DNA of 44,778 nt from Candidatus Taylorbacteria bacterium RIFCSPLOWO2_01_FULL_45_34b (GCA_001822675.1 MHRY01000048.1:1-44778), one strand, 5' to 3'. Shown: positions 28,203 through 37,889, numbered from the stretch's first letter. Notes: a model not told the origin generated them from the sequence alone. Translations and numbers: made by a program.

Positions 28203-31200
28203 TTATTTTGATTCTTTATCCTGACTCGCCTGCCCATTAATTTTCTTGTCCATTTGAAGTTCGACATCCAAAGCCAAACCGCGCAAGTTGTTGAGAAGTA
28301 CATTAAAGGAAGCTGGCGCGTTTGATTGCGTGATTTTTTCGCCTTTAACAATCGCATCGAAAGCGGCCGAGCGGCCGACGATATCATCCGATTTAATAGT
28401 GAGCATTTCACGAAGCGTGTACGCCGCGCCATGGCCCAAAAGCGCCCAGACCTCCATTTCACCAAAGCGCTGACCACCGCCTTGGGCTTTTCCGCCAAGC
28501 GGCTGTTGAGTGATGAGTGAGTATGGACCAATGGAACGCATGTGGATCTTGTCTTCCACCATGTGATGCAATTTCAAAATATACATGTAACCGACGGCGA
28601 TTTTCTGATCAAACGAATCCCCTGTTCTACCGTCAAACAATTTCATCTTGCCACTTCTGTCAAAACCGGCTTTTTCAAGCTCGACTTTAATTTCCTCATC
28701 CGAGGCTCCGGCAAACGGCGGCACGATCGCTTGATAATTTAAAGTATGTGCCGCAAGTCCCAAGTGAAGCTCAAGAATCTGTCCTAAGTTCATACGCGAT
28801 GGCACGCCAAGCGGAGTCAAAATGACATCAACTGGCGTACCATCCTCGAGATATGGCATGTCTTCCATCGGCAAAATCCGCGAAATGACACCCTTATTCC
28901 CGTGACGACCGGCCAACTTGTCTCCAACAGAAACATTGCGGAGCTGCGCTACTTCAATATGAATGCGTTTGATGATGCCGCTTTCAAGCTTGTCGCCTTT
29001 TTCTCGTGAAAATACTTTGACTCCGATAACACGGCCGCGCTTACCGTTCTCCATTCTCTTTGATGTGTCCTTGACGTCGCGGGCCTTCTCACCGAAAAGA
29101 CTGCGGAGCAACCGCTCTTCGGGAGTGAGCTGTGTTTCGCCCTTTGGCGTAATCTTGCCAACCAAAATATCTCCCGGTCGAACTTCCGCGCCAATTCTAA
29201 CCACGCCGTCTTCATCGAGATTTTTGAGTTTCGCTTCACCGACGTTTGGAATATCGTGAGTGGTCACTTCAGGACCAAGTTTGGTGTCGCGGACGTTGAC
29301 GACAAATTCCTCAATATGAATGGAAGTGAATTTGCTGTTTCGAACCAACCGTTCGGAAATAATGATCGCGTCTTCGTAGTTCGCGCCAGACCATGACATG
29401 AAAGCGACAAGCGCGTTGTGCCCAAGCGCCATCTGGCCGCGGTCGCTCGAAGAAGTGTCCGCCAAAACCGCGCCGCGCTTAACCTTCTCTCCCACCACGA
29501 CTGCTGGTCGCTGATGGAAAGCGGTGAAGCCGTTGGTGCGGACAAAATTAACCAAACGATATTCTTTTTCCTTTCCTTTCGATCCTTTTACTTTTATTTT
29601 AGTGGCGTCAACAAACGAAATAGTGCCTTCTTCCTCGGCCATGACAATTCTGCCGCTGTCCGCCGCCGCCTCTTCCTCAATGCCGGTTGCCACAAGCGGC
29701 GCTTCGGGCACGAGACACGGCGTCGCTTGTTTCTGCATGTTCGAACCCATAAGAGCGCGGTTGGCATCGTCGTGATTCAAAAATGGAATCATCGAAGTCG
29801 CGATCGAAAATGCTTGGCTGGTGGCGACATCTGTATAGTCAACTTTTTCTTTCTTGACAAGCCCCGGTTTGCCGTTGATGCGAACCTCAACTTCTTCGTC
29901 CGAAATTTTGCCGTCCGTATCGTAGTTAATGGCGGCGTGTGCAATATTATAATTTTCCTCCTCGAGCGCATTTAAATACACAACTTCTTTAGTGATAACG
30001 CCCTTGTTCACTTTGGCGTACGGCGTTTCAATCATGCCGAAATCATTGATGCGGGCGTAGGTTGAAAGACGAAGAATAAGACCGATGTTCGGGCCTTCCG
30101 GCGTGTGGATGGGACAGACGCGGCCGTAATGCGACGGATGAACGTCGCGAACTTCAAAACCGGCGCGTTCTCTGGTCAATCCGCCGGGACCCAAGGCTGA
30201 AAAAGTGCGCAAATGCTCGAGTTCAGCCAAAATATTTTCCTGCGCCATAAACTGTGAGAGCTGGTTGGTAGTGAAAAATTCCTTAATGCGGGCTTGGAGC
30301 GGCTTCGGAGAAATAAATTGCACCGGCATGGTCACGTCAGATTCAATGGTTGACATACGGTCTTGGATATTGCGTTTGATTTGCGACATACCGACGCGGA
30401 TTTTTTGCTGGAGGAGCTCTCCCACATAACGCACGCGCCGCGATCCCAAGTGGTCAATGTCATCTTCGGCAGCATCGGCAGTGGTATTTAAATGAATGAC
30501 ATGGGAAATAATGGTGACCAAATCTTCCTGTGAAATCGTCTTTCGAGTTGCTTCTTTTCCTTCAAGACTTTTCTTAAAACGTTTATTAAATTTGAATCGG
30601 CCGACTTTGGAAAGATCATAACGCTCCTCGCTAAAAATATTCTTGATAAATTCCTTGGCGTTCTCAACCGTGCCAAGATCGCCATCGCGAAGACGTTTGT
30701 GAATTTCTAAAAATGATTCATCTTTGGTTTTAGCGTGATCTTTAAGCAGTGACGCTTCGAGGAATGGTTTCGCGCCCGAAACTTTGCTAAAGGCTTCAAA
30801 AATCTGCGCGTCAGTTTCAAATCCAAACACCCGAATAAGTGAGGTCACGGCGAACTTTCGCTTGCGGTCAATTCGCACATAGATGGCGCCATCGGCTTCA
30901 GCGTCAATTTCGATCCAAACACCTCGGGACGGTATAATCTTGGCCCCAAAATAGCGCTTACCCTTCATTTCATTCGAGGTGAAAAAGACACCGAACGAAC
31001 GAGCAAGTTGCGGCACTATAACGCGCTCAATACCGCTTATCACAAAGGTGCCGTGCGGAGTCATGAGCGGAAAATCAGCCATGAAAATTTCCTGCTCCTT
31101 TGTGGTGCCAAACGTTTTGTTTTTGAGTTTGATGGTCGCTTTGAGCGTGCCTTCGTATGAAAGTTTGTTTTCCTTGGCGTGATGCTCATCGTACTTGGCT

Positions 31201-31460
31201 TCGGAGAGTTTGAAGCCGGTAAAATCCAATTCGAACTTTTTTCCGGAATGATCTTTGAGCGACACAAATTCACTCATGACTTCACCGAGACCTTTTTCAA
31301 TGAGCCACTTGAACGAAGTTATTTGCGACTCCACCAAATTAGGCATTCGAATGAGCGGCGGCTTGAAACGGCTAAAATATTTTTTCGGGCGGGTAGCCGT
31401 ACTGATCTCGTCTTGCGAGCGAAGCTTCATCCTCATCAATGGCATAATTTCTTTACTCAT
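28203..31460 (-). CDS. rpoB: RNA polymerase subunit beta
   Basis: HYGRVCPIHTPEGPNIGL, DDANRALMGSNMQ, GDKLAGRHGNKG and GGQRFGEMEVWAL. Confidence 0.98.
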   Translation of the reverse strand: MSKEIMPLMRMKLRSQDEISTATRPKKYFSRFKPPLIRMPNLVESQITSFKWLIEKGLGEVMSEFVSLKDHSGKKFELDFTGFKLSEAKYDEHHAKENKLSYEGTLKATIKLKNKTFGTTKEQEIFMADFPLMTPHGTFVISGIERVIVPQLARSFGVFFTSNEMKGKRYFGAKIIPSRGVWIEIDAEADGAIYVRIDRKRKFAVTSLIRVFGFETDAQIFEAFSKVSGAKPFLEASLLKDHAKTKDESFLEIHKRLRDGDLGTVENAKEFIKNIFSEERYDLSKVGRFKFNKRFKKSLEGKEATRKTISQEDLVTIISHVIHLNTTADAAEDDIDHLGSRRVRYVGELLQQKIRVGMSQIKRNIQDRMSTIESDVTMPVQFISPKPLQARIKEFFTTNQLSQFMAQENILAELEHLRTFSALGPGGLTRERAGFEVRDVHPSHYGRVCPIHTPEGPNIGLILRLSTYARINDFGMIETPYAKVNKGVITKEVVYLNALEEENYNIAHAAINYDTDGKISDEEVEVRINGKPGLVKKEKVDYTDVATSQAFSIATSMIPFLNHDDANRALMGSNMQKQATPCLVPEAPLVATGIEEEAAADSGRIVMAEEEGTISFVDATKIKVKGSKGKEKEYRLVNFVRTNGFTAFHQRPAVVVGEKVKRGAVLADTSSSDRGQMALGHNALVAFMSWSGANYEDAIIISERLVRNSKFTSIHIEEFVVNVRDTKLGPEVTTHDIPNVGEAKLKNLDEDGVVRIGAEVRPGDILVGKITPKGETQLTPEERLLRSLFGEKARDVKDTSKRMENGKRGRVIGVKVFSREKGDKLESGIIKRIHIEVAQLRNVSVGDKLAGRHGNKGVISRILPMEDMPYLEDGTPVDVILTPLGVPSRMNLGQILELHLGLAAHTLNYQAIVPPFAGASDEEIKVELEKAGFDRSGKMKLFDGRTGDSFDQKIAVGYMYILKLHHMVEDKIHMRSIGPYSLITQQPLGGKAQGGGQRFGEMEVWALLGHGAAYTLREMLTIKSDDIVGRSAAFDAIVKGEKITQSNAPASFNVLLNNLRGLALDVELQMDKKINGQASQDKESK

Positions 31461-31730
31461 GGTTTTGAATGCTCTAAAAAAGAGTTCTTAGCAAGTGAAT
31501 AATTAATGAAGATGCCAAAAATTTCAACACAAACAACAAAAAGCCACCTCTCCCGAAGGTAACTTCTTTTAAGTTTGGTTCAAGCTATTCTCTTTTGGCC
31601 AAGAAAGGTTAATAACTTGTTAAAGGGTCGCGACTCAATCTTGTGGAGTAGTATACACGACCACATTTTCTGTGTCAACTCCTCACTATCATTCAATACC
31701 AAAATGTGGATAACTGCGTTCCCAATGTTG

Positions 31731-32225
31731 TTATTTCTTTGTCCGCAAAATATATGCCGGTGCAATAGCAAGTTTTTGATATTTCTCTTGAATATCATTC
31801 GGAAGATACTTGTAATCTCTAATTTTCTTCCGGCATAATTTTGACCCACAGCAACAATCCATCTCCCACTCATCTTCGTCCATGGTAGTAGAATAATCCC
31901 ATGTAATCTCTTCACCCACTCCTATATCTCTTATAGCAACAAGAAATATGCCGGGGTTATAGATTTTTACACCACAACTAGGTTCACATGAATGATTTAC
32001 AAAATCATCAACCCCTCCCGATGGTCCCATGTATTCGTCTTTTTCTATTTGAACATAGTGATCCTCGACCGCATCATATGGATTTGGTAAATTATTCTTC
32101 GTGAAAATTTTACCGCGAAACTCAAGTACAGTTTCCCCTTTCTTAAAAACATTATTAGCAAAAACACCTTGTCCATTTTTTGCTCTCTTGATGGATAAAA
32201 AATCTGTAGATGCCCTGTCTCTCAT
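31731..32225 (-). CDS. SET-domain protein (putative lysine methyltransferase) with post-SET cysteines
   Basis: GQGVFA, FVNHSCEP, GEEITWDY and CCCGSKLCRK. Start trimmed to MRDRAS. Confidence 0.88.
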   Translation of the reverse strand: MRDRASTDFLSIKRAKNGQGVFANNVFKKGETVLEFRGKIFTKNNLPNPYDAVEDHYVQIEKDEYMGPSGGVDDFVNHSCEPSCGVKIYNPGIFLVAIRDIGVGEEITWDYSTTMDEDEWEMDCCCGSKLCRKKIRDYKYLPNDIQEKYQKLAIAPAYILRTKK

Positions 32226-32262
32226 ATTTTCTTCTTCTTTTTTATACTTAATACCTGATACG

Positions 32263-32997
32263 TCATACTTTATACTTCTTCTTCCACTCCTCAATTTTTT
32301 TGTGGTGGCCGGAGAGGAGAATTTTTGGCACGCGATACTTCTTTTTTTTGTATTCAAAAACTTCGGGGCGGGTGTACACATCCGAGGAAGCGACACGGCT
32401 TTCTTCAAGTGAATTGAAGTCGCCGAGCACGCCTTGAACTTGCCGTGAAATTGCATCAATAATAATCATCGCTGGTAATTCTCCACCGGTTAAGACAAAT
32501 GGTCCGACTGAAATTTCTTCAACTCTTATTCGTGTTATTCGTTCCCCATTCGTAATTGGTGTCGAGTTTAAAACTTTTTTGACTCTGGCATCAATGCCCT
32601 CATACCGGCCACAGATAATAATGACATGCTCGTATTTTTTTGCGACAGTTCGTGCGGAATCGTTCGTGAATTGCGTGCCACTTGGAGTAAGCCAAATGAT
32701 CTTCACCTCCCGCCCGTACCGAGCGGACTCTGGTACGTTCGGGCGGGTCGACTTTACGGACTTTATAGACTTTATGGACTTCTCTATCGCTCTAATAACC
32801 GGCAGAGCTTGAATGACCATACCAGGACCACCGCCAAAAGGTTTGCGGTCAACTCTATCGTGTTTGTTGTCAGCAAAATCCCGCGGGTTATAAAACTTCA
32901 CCTTTATCTTTTTATCTTCGATGGAGCGCTTCAAAATCGACTCCCCTAAATAGGAGTCGAAGGCGCCCGGAAATAAGGTGATGAGGTGGAAAGTCAT
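32263..32997 (-). CDS. trmD: tRNA (guanine37-N1) methyltransferase TrmD, with repeat-derived loop insertions
   Basis: ITLFP, VDRKPFGGGPGMV, ICGRYEGIDAR, EISVGPFVLTGGELPA, YTRP and VPKILLSGHH. Confidence 0.95.
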   Translation of the reverse strand: MTFHLITLFPGAFDSYLGESILKRSIEDKKIKVKFYNPRDFADNKHDRVDRKPFGGGPGMVIQALPVIRAIEKSIKSIKSVKSTRPNVPESARYGREVKIIWLTPSGTQFTNDSARTVAKKYEHVIIICGRYEGIDARVKKVLNSTPITNGERITRIRVEEISVGPFVLTGGELPAMIIIDAISRQVQGVLGDFNSLEESRVASSDVYTRPEVFEYKKKKYRVPKILLSGHHKKIEEWKKKYKV

Positions 32998-33087
32998 TTG
33001 AGTAGCTGTTAGCTTCAGGAGCTTCCAAAGCTTATAGCGAAGAGAAGAAAAAGACAAGAAAAAACCACGAATGTTCCATTCGAGGTT

Positions 33088-33393
33088 TTAAATTTTGGCT
33101 TTCCCCCAGTTTGGCAACTTTGACAAGAATTTCGTCACTGTAGTAAAACCAACATGGTTACAAAATTTTTGACCGCACTTCGGACACTCAAAAATAATGA
33201 TACCGGCACATTCGGAAGAATCATTGTAAGTCGTCTCTCTCGAAAACCCTACGATAGATTCCGTCCAAGAACCTCTTACCCACTTGAAAAGATCCGCGAC
33301 TGAAAAATCATTGCAACCCGGGCAATGAGTACATCCTGCCGCTGGGTATATTTCGAATTTGTATGTTTCTCCCCACGCTTTTAGTTCATCCAT
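33088..33393 (-). CDS. Small Cys-rich (zinc-ribbon-like) hypothetical protein
   Basis: AGGAGG RBS; CTHCPGC and ECPKCGQKFCNH motifs. Confidence 0.7.
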   Translation of the reverse strand: MDELKAWGETYKFEIYPAAGCTHCPGCNDFSVADLFKWVRGSWTESIVGFSRETTYNDSSECAGIIIFECPKCGQKFCNHVGFTTVTKFLSKLPNWGKAKI

Positions 33394-33487
33394 AGATACC
33401 TCCTAAAAAGAGGTTACTACTTATAAACTTTTAGTCAAAGAAAAAGCGCTCTCTTGGAAAAGAGAACGCGCTGATTCAAAAAGACAC

Positions 33488-34609
33488 TTAGAAACTATGA
33501 GTTAGGCGAAGAGACCAGAACAGTCTCGGGGCGTCATTTCGATTGATGATCACTTTCTCAACATGGTTGCTTCCAGCGTAGCTTTTTGACGTACGCCAGC
33601 CACGGTCAAGCTCTTCATAACAAAGAAGTTCGTAAGATATTCCGGAGAAGCCGTACCAGGAAAGAACGACATTGTCGCCATCGAGCTGTGATTGCAGATC
33701 CAGTTGCGGATCAAGCCGGAGAAGCACCGGCAGCACACGCCACGCCATGATCTCGTAGCCTTTGTCATTTGGATGGACTAGGTCACTTGAGTAGGTGAAA
33801 TGTCCGACAATTTCCCGAAGAATGTTCGGCACGTAGGCGCACTTTGTTTCTTCAAACAACTGCCGCCAGCGCAAATTGAAATCGTCGGTAAAAATACCAC
33901 CTTGAACCCCAAGCAGAATGGCAATACTCCCCTTCTCATGAATGCGGTTAATGATCTGCCGAAGATTGTTGAATGTGATATCCGCGGCAACACGATCAAT
34001 AAAATCCTTGCCGCCAAGACACAGGATCACAATCTTTGGATCTTTTGGAAGGACATCGGCTTCAAGCCGCAAAGGTGCATCCGAGGTCGACAATCCAATT
34101 GTTCCAACATTCACAATCGCTTTTCCTGAAAGGCGTGAGAGGACTGACACCATGTCATTCCCTGCTGTTGCTCCTTCTCCAGCAATGAGACTGTCTCCGA
34201 AGGCGACAATAGTGGCTCCGGCCGATGGGAAATTTCGAATGGTTGTCGGGTCAGCCGCAGGTTCTTCAACCCTGACTTCATTGCTCGTGGCAAAGAGCGT
34301 GTTGTCCCAGTTGAAATAACGGAAGTTATAAACGCCGGGCTGGTTCAAAACAAAATCGGTGTCGCCGTTTCGAAACGTAACATATTTCCATGTAATCCAA
34401 TCGCCATTTGAAGCCAAGACCGCAAAGACACCGAGCCAGTCAAAAAAATTGACAGAGAAAGGCGGAGTTTCCCAACGGGCGATGATTTGCTCACCGGTCA
34501 GGGCATTTGTGGGAGCGGCCGCAACACTGTAACCATTTTGTTGTGAGTTTGTTTTCTCGATCGCAATGAGCGCGAGAAGGTAGAAGAAAAGTGCTCGTAT
34601 ATTTTTCAT
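33488..34609 (-). CDS. Secreted SGNH/GDSL hydrolase with N- and C-terminal beta-rich domains
   Basis: Signal-peptide-like N-terminus (MKNIRALFFYLLALIA); AFGDSL block I; DLVHPN block V. Confidence 0.82.
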   Translation of the reverse strand: MKNIRALFFYLLALIAIEKTNSQQNGYSVAAAPTNALTGEQIIARWETPPFSVNFFDWLGVFAVLASNGDWITWKYVTFRNGDTDFVLNQPGVYNFRYFNWDNTLFATSNEVRVEEPAADPTTIRNFPSAGATIVAFGDSLIAGEGATAGNDMVSVLSRLSGKAIVNVGTIGLSTSDAPLRLEADVLPKDPKIVILCLGGKDFIDRVAADITFNNLRQIINRIHEKGSIAILLGVQGGIFTDDFNLRWRQLFEETKCAYVPNILREIVGHFTYSSDLVHPNDKGYEIMAWRVLPVLLRLDPQLDLQSQLDGDNVVLSWYGFSGISYELLCYEELDRGWRTSKSYAGSNHVEKVIINRNDAPRLFWSLRLTHSF

Positions 34610-34734
34610 TCGAAAAACAGGTGTTCGGAATTGAGGGTTTGCAAGGTTCAAAGACGCCAGAAGCGCCTTCCAAGCTCAATCATACGACAAAAGGAGTGGA
34701 AATGAAATGAATTTTGAATTGGATAGATTTTGAA

Positions 34735-34786
34735 AATAGAGAAAGCCCCGCTCTCGACAAAGTCGGAGCGGGGCTTTCTCTATTTT
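34735..34786. terminator. Terminator or palindrome after khpA
   Basis: AAATAGAGAAAGCCCCGCTC...GAGCGGGGCTTTCTCTATTT; same hairpin family as the array terminators. Confidence 0.7.
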
Positions 34787-34798
34787 CAGAATGAAATC

Positions 34799-35110
34799 CT
34801 AGAGTTTCAAATCAGCCATCGCTTCATCCACTGTCTTTGAAGCTTTTTCCGGTCGGACACTGCCTTCCGGTTCATTGATCTTCAAATTGACCCGTGCGTT
34901 GTTCTTCATGCCAACGACGCGAAGAAGTGTGCGAATCGCTTTTGCGGTGTTGCCCATCCGGCCGATGATCTTACCCATATCCGCTGGATTGACGGCGAGT
35001 GTCAAAAGGACACCCATCTCATCAACCGTGCGGTTGATTTTGACATCGTTCGGAGCATCAACAAGCGCTTTGACAACATATTCCAGAAACTGTGTGTCTC
35101 TGTCTTGCAT
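34799..35110 (-). CDS. khpA: KH-domain RNA-binding protein KhpA
   Basis: DMGKIIGRMGNTAKAIRTLL (GxxG loop); located between rpsP and trmD. Confidence 0.92.
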   Translation of the reverse strand: MQDRDTQFLEYVVKALVDAPNDVKINRTVDEMGVLLTLAVNPADMGKIIGRMGNTAKAIRTLLRVVGMKNNARVNLKINEPEGSVRPEKASKTVDEAMADLKL

Positions 35111-35289
35111 GTTCGTATCTGTTTATCTTTCTTTTTGTAACGGCAGTAGCTTCGACCACTCTTGCACTGCACTAAAAATTATAGCAAAAATGCCTGAAAA
35201 AGCAAAGTGGATTCGGGAATCGAATCGTACCGAAGTCCGATTCGGTACGGGCGAGCCCGAATCTGGATTCAGGATTAAAGATGTCAAGC

Positions 35290-35362
35290 CCGAGGTTGAA
35301 CCTTGCCTGCCCGTCCGAAGTCGGACGCAGGCGGGGATCGGAAGAAAGGTTCAACTTCAGGG
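35290..35362. repeat. Composite REP-like palindrome (AGGTTGAACCT family with a nested hairpin)
   Basis: Near-identical to the reverse complement of 40110-40179; a shorter form is at 39872-39913. Confidence 0.7.
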
Positions 35363-35574
35363 CTTCTTCGTCTAAATGGAAAACAACATCCTTAAAAACT
35401 CCAGTTTTTAAGGATGTCATTGGACATCCAATGTCCAAGTCCCATCTCTTACGATACCCGCCTGAATGTAGTCGGGCAGGTATCGTAAGAGATGGAAAAT
35501 TAGAAAAGAAAAAAAGCGAGGGGTCAAAAGACCGCTCGCTTCCGTGTAAACTTTTGAAAGAACTGGAACTGACT

Positions 35575-36375
35575 TCAGAACCCTCCAAAGCGTGAGGAAC
35601 CCGAATCCGGGACTTTTCTGCCCGAAGCGCACTCCATTGCGACCATGAGTAGTGTCCAGTTATTCTTGACGCCAAACTCCACGTTGCCGGCCGCGACATC
35701 ACCGACAACCGCCGAGTCAGTTTGAGAATACTCTGGGTACGGTTCTCGAATGGCTGCTACGATCGGCAAAACTTTATCCGCGTACGGTCCCTTTCTCGGA
35801 ATGTACTCGGTGTCGGCAAATGGCGAACGATTGAGCGCCGCAGAGAGTATCACGACCTCCGCGCCCGTCAAGGCAATCTGCTCGAGCGTATTGTCAGTAT
35901 TTTGCAGATTGTTGATCACGTCTTCGACGACCAGCAGTCTTTCCTTTTGAGCAAACGCAAACTGGGACAAATCCCACGTGTACTCCTGCTTCTTTCCTTG
36001 CTCGGTTGGCTTTGGTACCTTGGTCGCGTACACAAAACGTTTCCCAAGTATCCGAGCAAGCGGCTGTGCCAAGCTCCTACCCCCTTCAGGAATGCCACAG
36101 ACAGTGTCGAGGGTGTCGGCAATGTGCGCTCCAATGATTTTTTCCGCAACCACTTCAGCAAACTGCTCGACAACTAAGGGGTGGCATTCGATGCGTCGGA
36201 AGTTGAAGTAAATATCGCCGATGAGATTTTTTCCGTCAGGACTTTTACCGGCGTAGGCCACCATAGGACCCAAACGCTTTCCGACATGATCCTTTGGGCA
36301 AATGTAGAGAGCGTCGCAAAGCCTTGCAAGAGCTTTGAGATCGTCTCCTCGTTGAGGAACAATTACTTTACTCAT
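35575..36375 (-). CDS. Orotate phosphoribosyltransferase-like type I PRTase (divergent)
   Basis: GIPEGG and LLVVEDV PRTase motif; 4-bp ATGA overlap with pyrF. Confidence 0.7.
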   Translation of the reverse strand: MSKVIVPQRGDDLKALARLCDALYICPKDHVGKRLGPMVAYAGKSPDGKNLIGDIYFNFRRIECHPLVVEQFAEVVAEKIIGAHIADTLDTVCGIPEGGRSLAQPLARILGKRFVYATKVPKPTEQGKKQEYTWDLSQFAFAQKERLLVVEDVINNLQNTDNTLEQIALTGAEVVILSAALNRSPFADTEYIPRKGPYADKVLPIVAAIREPYPEYSQTDSAVVGDVAAGNVEFGVKNNWTLLMVAMECASGRKVPDSGSSRFGGF

Positions 36376-37172
36376 ACTGCTACCGCTCCTTTCAGTTTTT
36401 CTTCAAGGGCTTTCGCTATCCGCACATTGAGAGCGTCAGCAGCTGCTGCCGGATTTTTCGCTCCATTTATTTCACTGCCAATGACAAGCCAGTCGGCACC
36501 GTTTGCGATTGCCACTTCCTGTGTCAGCACATTCTTCTGGTCCTGATGATCGGCGCCGGGCGATCGAGTGCCGGGGATTACTTTGATTAACCGTTCGATT
36601 TGTATCTCCGGATTTTCCTTACGCTTGTAGAATTTCGCCAGAAACTGAAGTTCTTCGGGCGAACAGATGAGGCCGTCACAGCCAGCGTATGAAGCCGTGC
36701 GAGCATAGTAGAGAACTTGAGCCTTTCGAGAGCGACCAAACTCAATCTCCACTTCTTCGGTCAAAATACTTGTTAGGGCCGATACGGCAAGGATCTGGGC
36801 GTTGCCCTTGTTGGCAACTGCAGCCATCATTCCTTCAACTGTTGCGTTGGCATGAACGTTGATGAACTTTACTCCGCGTGCCGCCGCTTCCTTGACTGCT
36901 TTGCCAATAGTTCGAGGCACATCGTCTGGTTTGCCATCCCAAAAGACGTGGAAACCTCGTCTTATCGCACATGTCGCGACTTCTCCAGCAATTTGAGCAG
37001 TGATCAACTCCAACCCAACCTTAACCACTCCAATCCTTTCCACCCCCACTTCGTCCATAAGTTCACATGCCCTTCCAATAGTGTTTACGTCAAGCGCAAG
37101 AATTATCTTGCTTTTGTTTTCTTGAGGAGGACTCATAATTAACAGAGTATTGATTTGTGTCGTGTACATCAT
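36372..37172 (-). CDS. pyrF: Orotidine-5'-phosphate decarboxylase
   Basis: IILALD, VKVG, DGKPDDVPRT (DxKxxD catalytic motif), NVHA, ALTS, PGTR, DQ and GADWLVIG. Confidence 0.88.
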   Translation of the reverse strand: MMYTTQINTLLIMSPPQENKSKIILALDVNTIGRACELMDEVGVERIGVVKVGLELITAQIAGEVATCAIRRGFHVFWDGKPDDVPRTIGKAVKEAAARGVKFINVHANATVEGMMAAVANKGNAQILAVSALTSILTEEVEIEFGRSRKAQVLYYARTASYAGCDGLICSPEELQFLAKFYKRKENPEIQIERLIKVIPGTRSPGADHQDQKNVLTQEVAIANGADWLVIGSEINGAKNPAAAADALNVRIAKALEEKLKGAVAV

Positions 37173-37286
37173 GACCTACTTCCAAAAGGAAGTGATCAAA
37201 CTGGAAAGTAGACTACAGGAGAGCAGGAGAAAAGACAATGCCCCCGTCCCGAGGCTTCTCGAGGACGGGGGCAGTTTGTTTAAATT

Positions 37287-37673
37287 TTAGGCTTTTGGAG
37301 TTTCGGGGACTGGCTCTTCTTTCTTTTCTTCAACCTTTACCTCTTCCGAAGCTTTTGAAGCTTCGGAAGCTCCTGAAGCTGGTTCCTTGTTCTTCGGCGG
37401 GCTCTTTCGGGGCAAAACATTTATTTTTTTGCCGGTGATAATCTTTTCACTCAAAAGAAGATTGTGCATGGTATCCGTTACTTTCGCGCCCATAGACATA
37501 AGGTGCTTAATCCGGTCAGCAGAAAACTGTTTAATGCCATTCTTGCGAGGGTCATAGGCGCCGAGGGCCTCCAAATACTTGCCGCTTTTGGTTGAATTTC
37601 GCTTATCAGTCAAAACCACGCGGAAAATGGGTACATTCTTTCGGCCAACGCGCTGTAATCGAATCATTAACAT
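37287..37673 (-). CDS. rpsP: 30S ribosomal protein S16
   Basis: MLMIRLQRVGRKNVPIFRVV...GKYLEALGAYDP...GAKVTDT, with a low-complexity C-terminal tail. Confidence 0.95.
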   Translation of the reverse strand: MLMIRLQRVGRKNVPIFRVVLTDKRNSTKSGKYLEALGAYDPRKNGIKQFSADRIKHLMSMGAKVTDTMHNLLLSEKIITGKKINVLPRKSPPKNKEPASGASEASKASEEVKVEEKKEEPVPETPKA

Positions 37674-37889
37674 CCGCAAAATGTAGCATAAAAAGGCGCA
37701 TTTTTGCAAGCTCCAGTAAACAAGAAACAATAATCAAACAAATTTCAAACATCAATATTCAAAAAATTCCCTTCGATGTTTGAAGATTGGTTATTGGGTA
37801 TTGTTTGGTGTTTGTATCTTGCCCGCCCGACTGAACGATAGTAGTCGTTCGGGCGGGGTGTTTGGTTATTATGCCTGAATTTTGCTACT

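Noticed and set aside
24452..31502. Numerous short ORFs antisense or out of frame within rpoB and rpoC (and within other long genes)
   Set aside because: These are shadow ORFs of well-supported housekeeping genes.
35172..35708. 178-aa ORF and the overlapping opposite-strand ORFs in the pyrE-khpA gap
   Set aside because: The region is made of stacked palindromic repeats, and the translations have no protein-like motifs.
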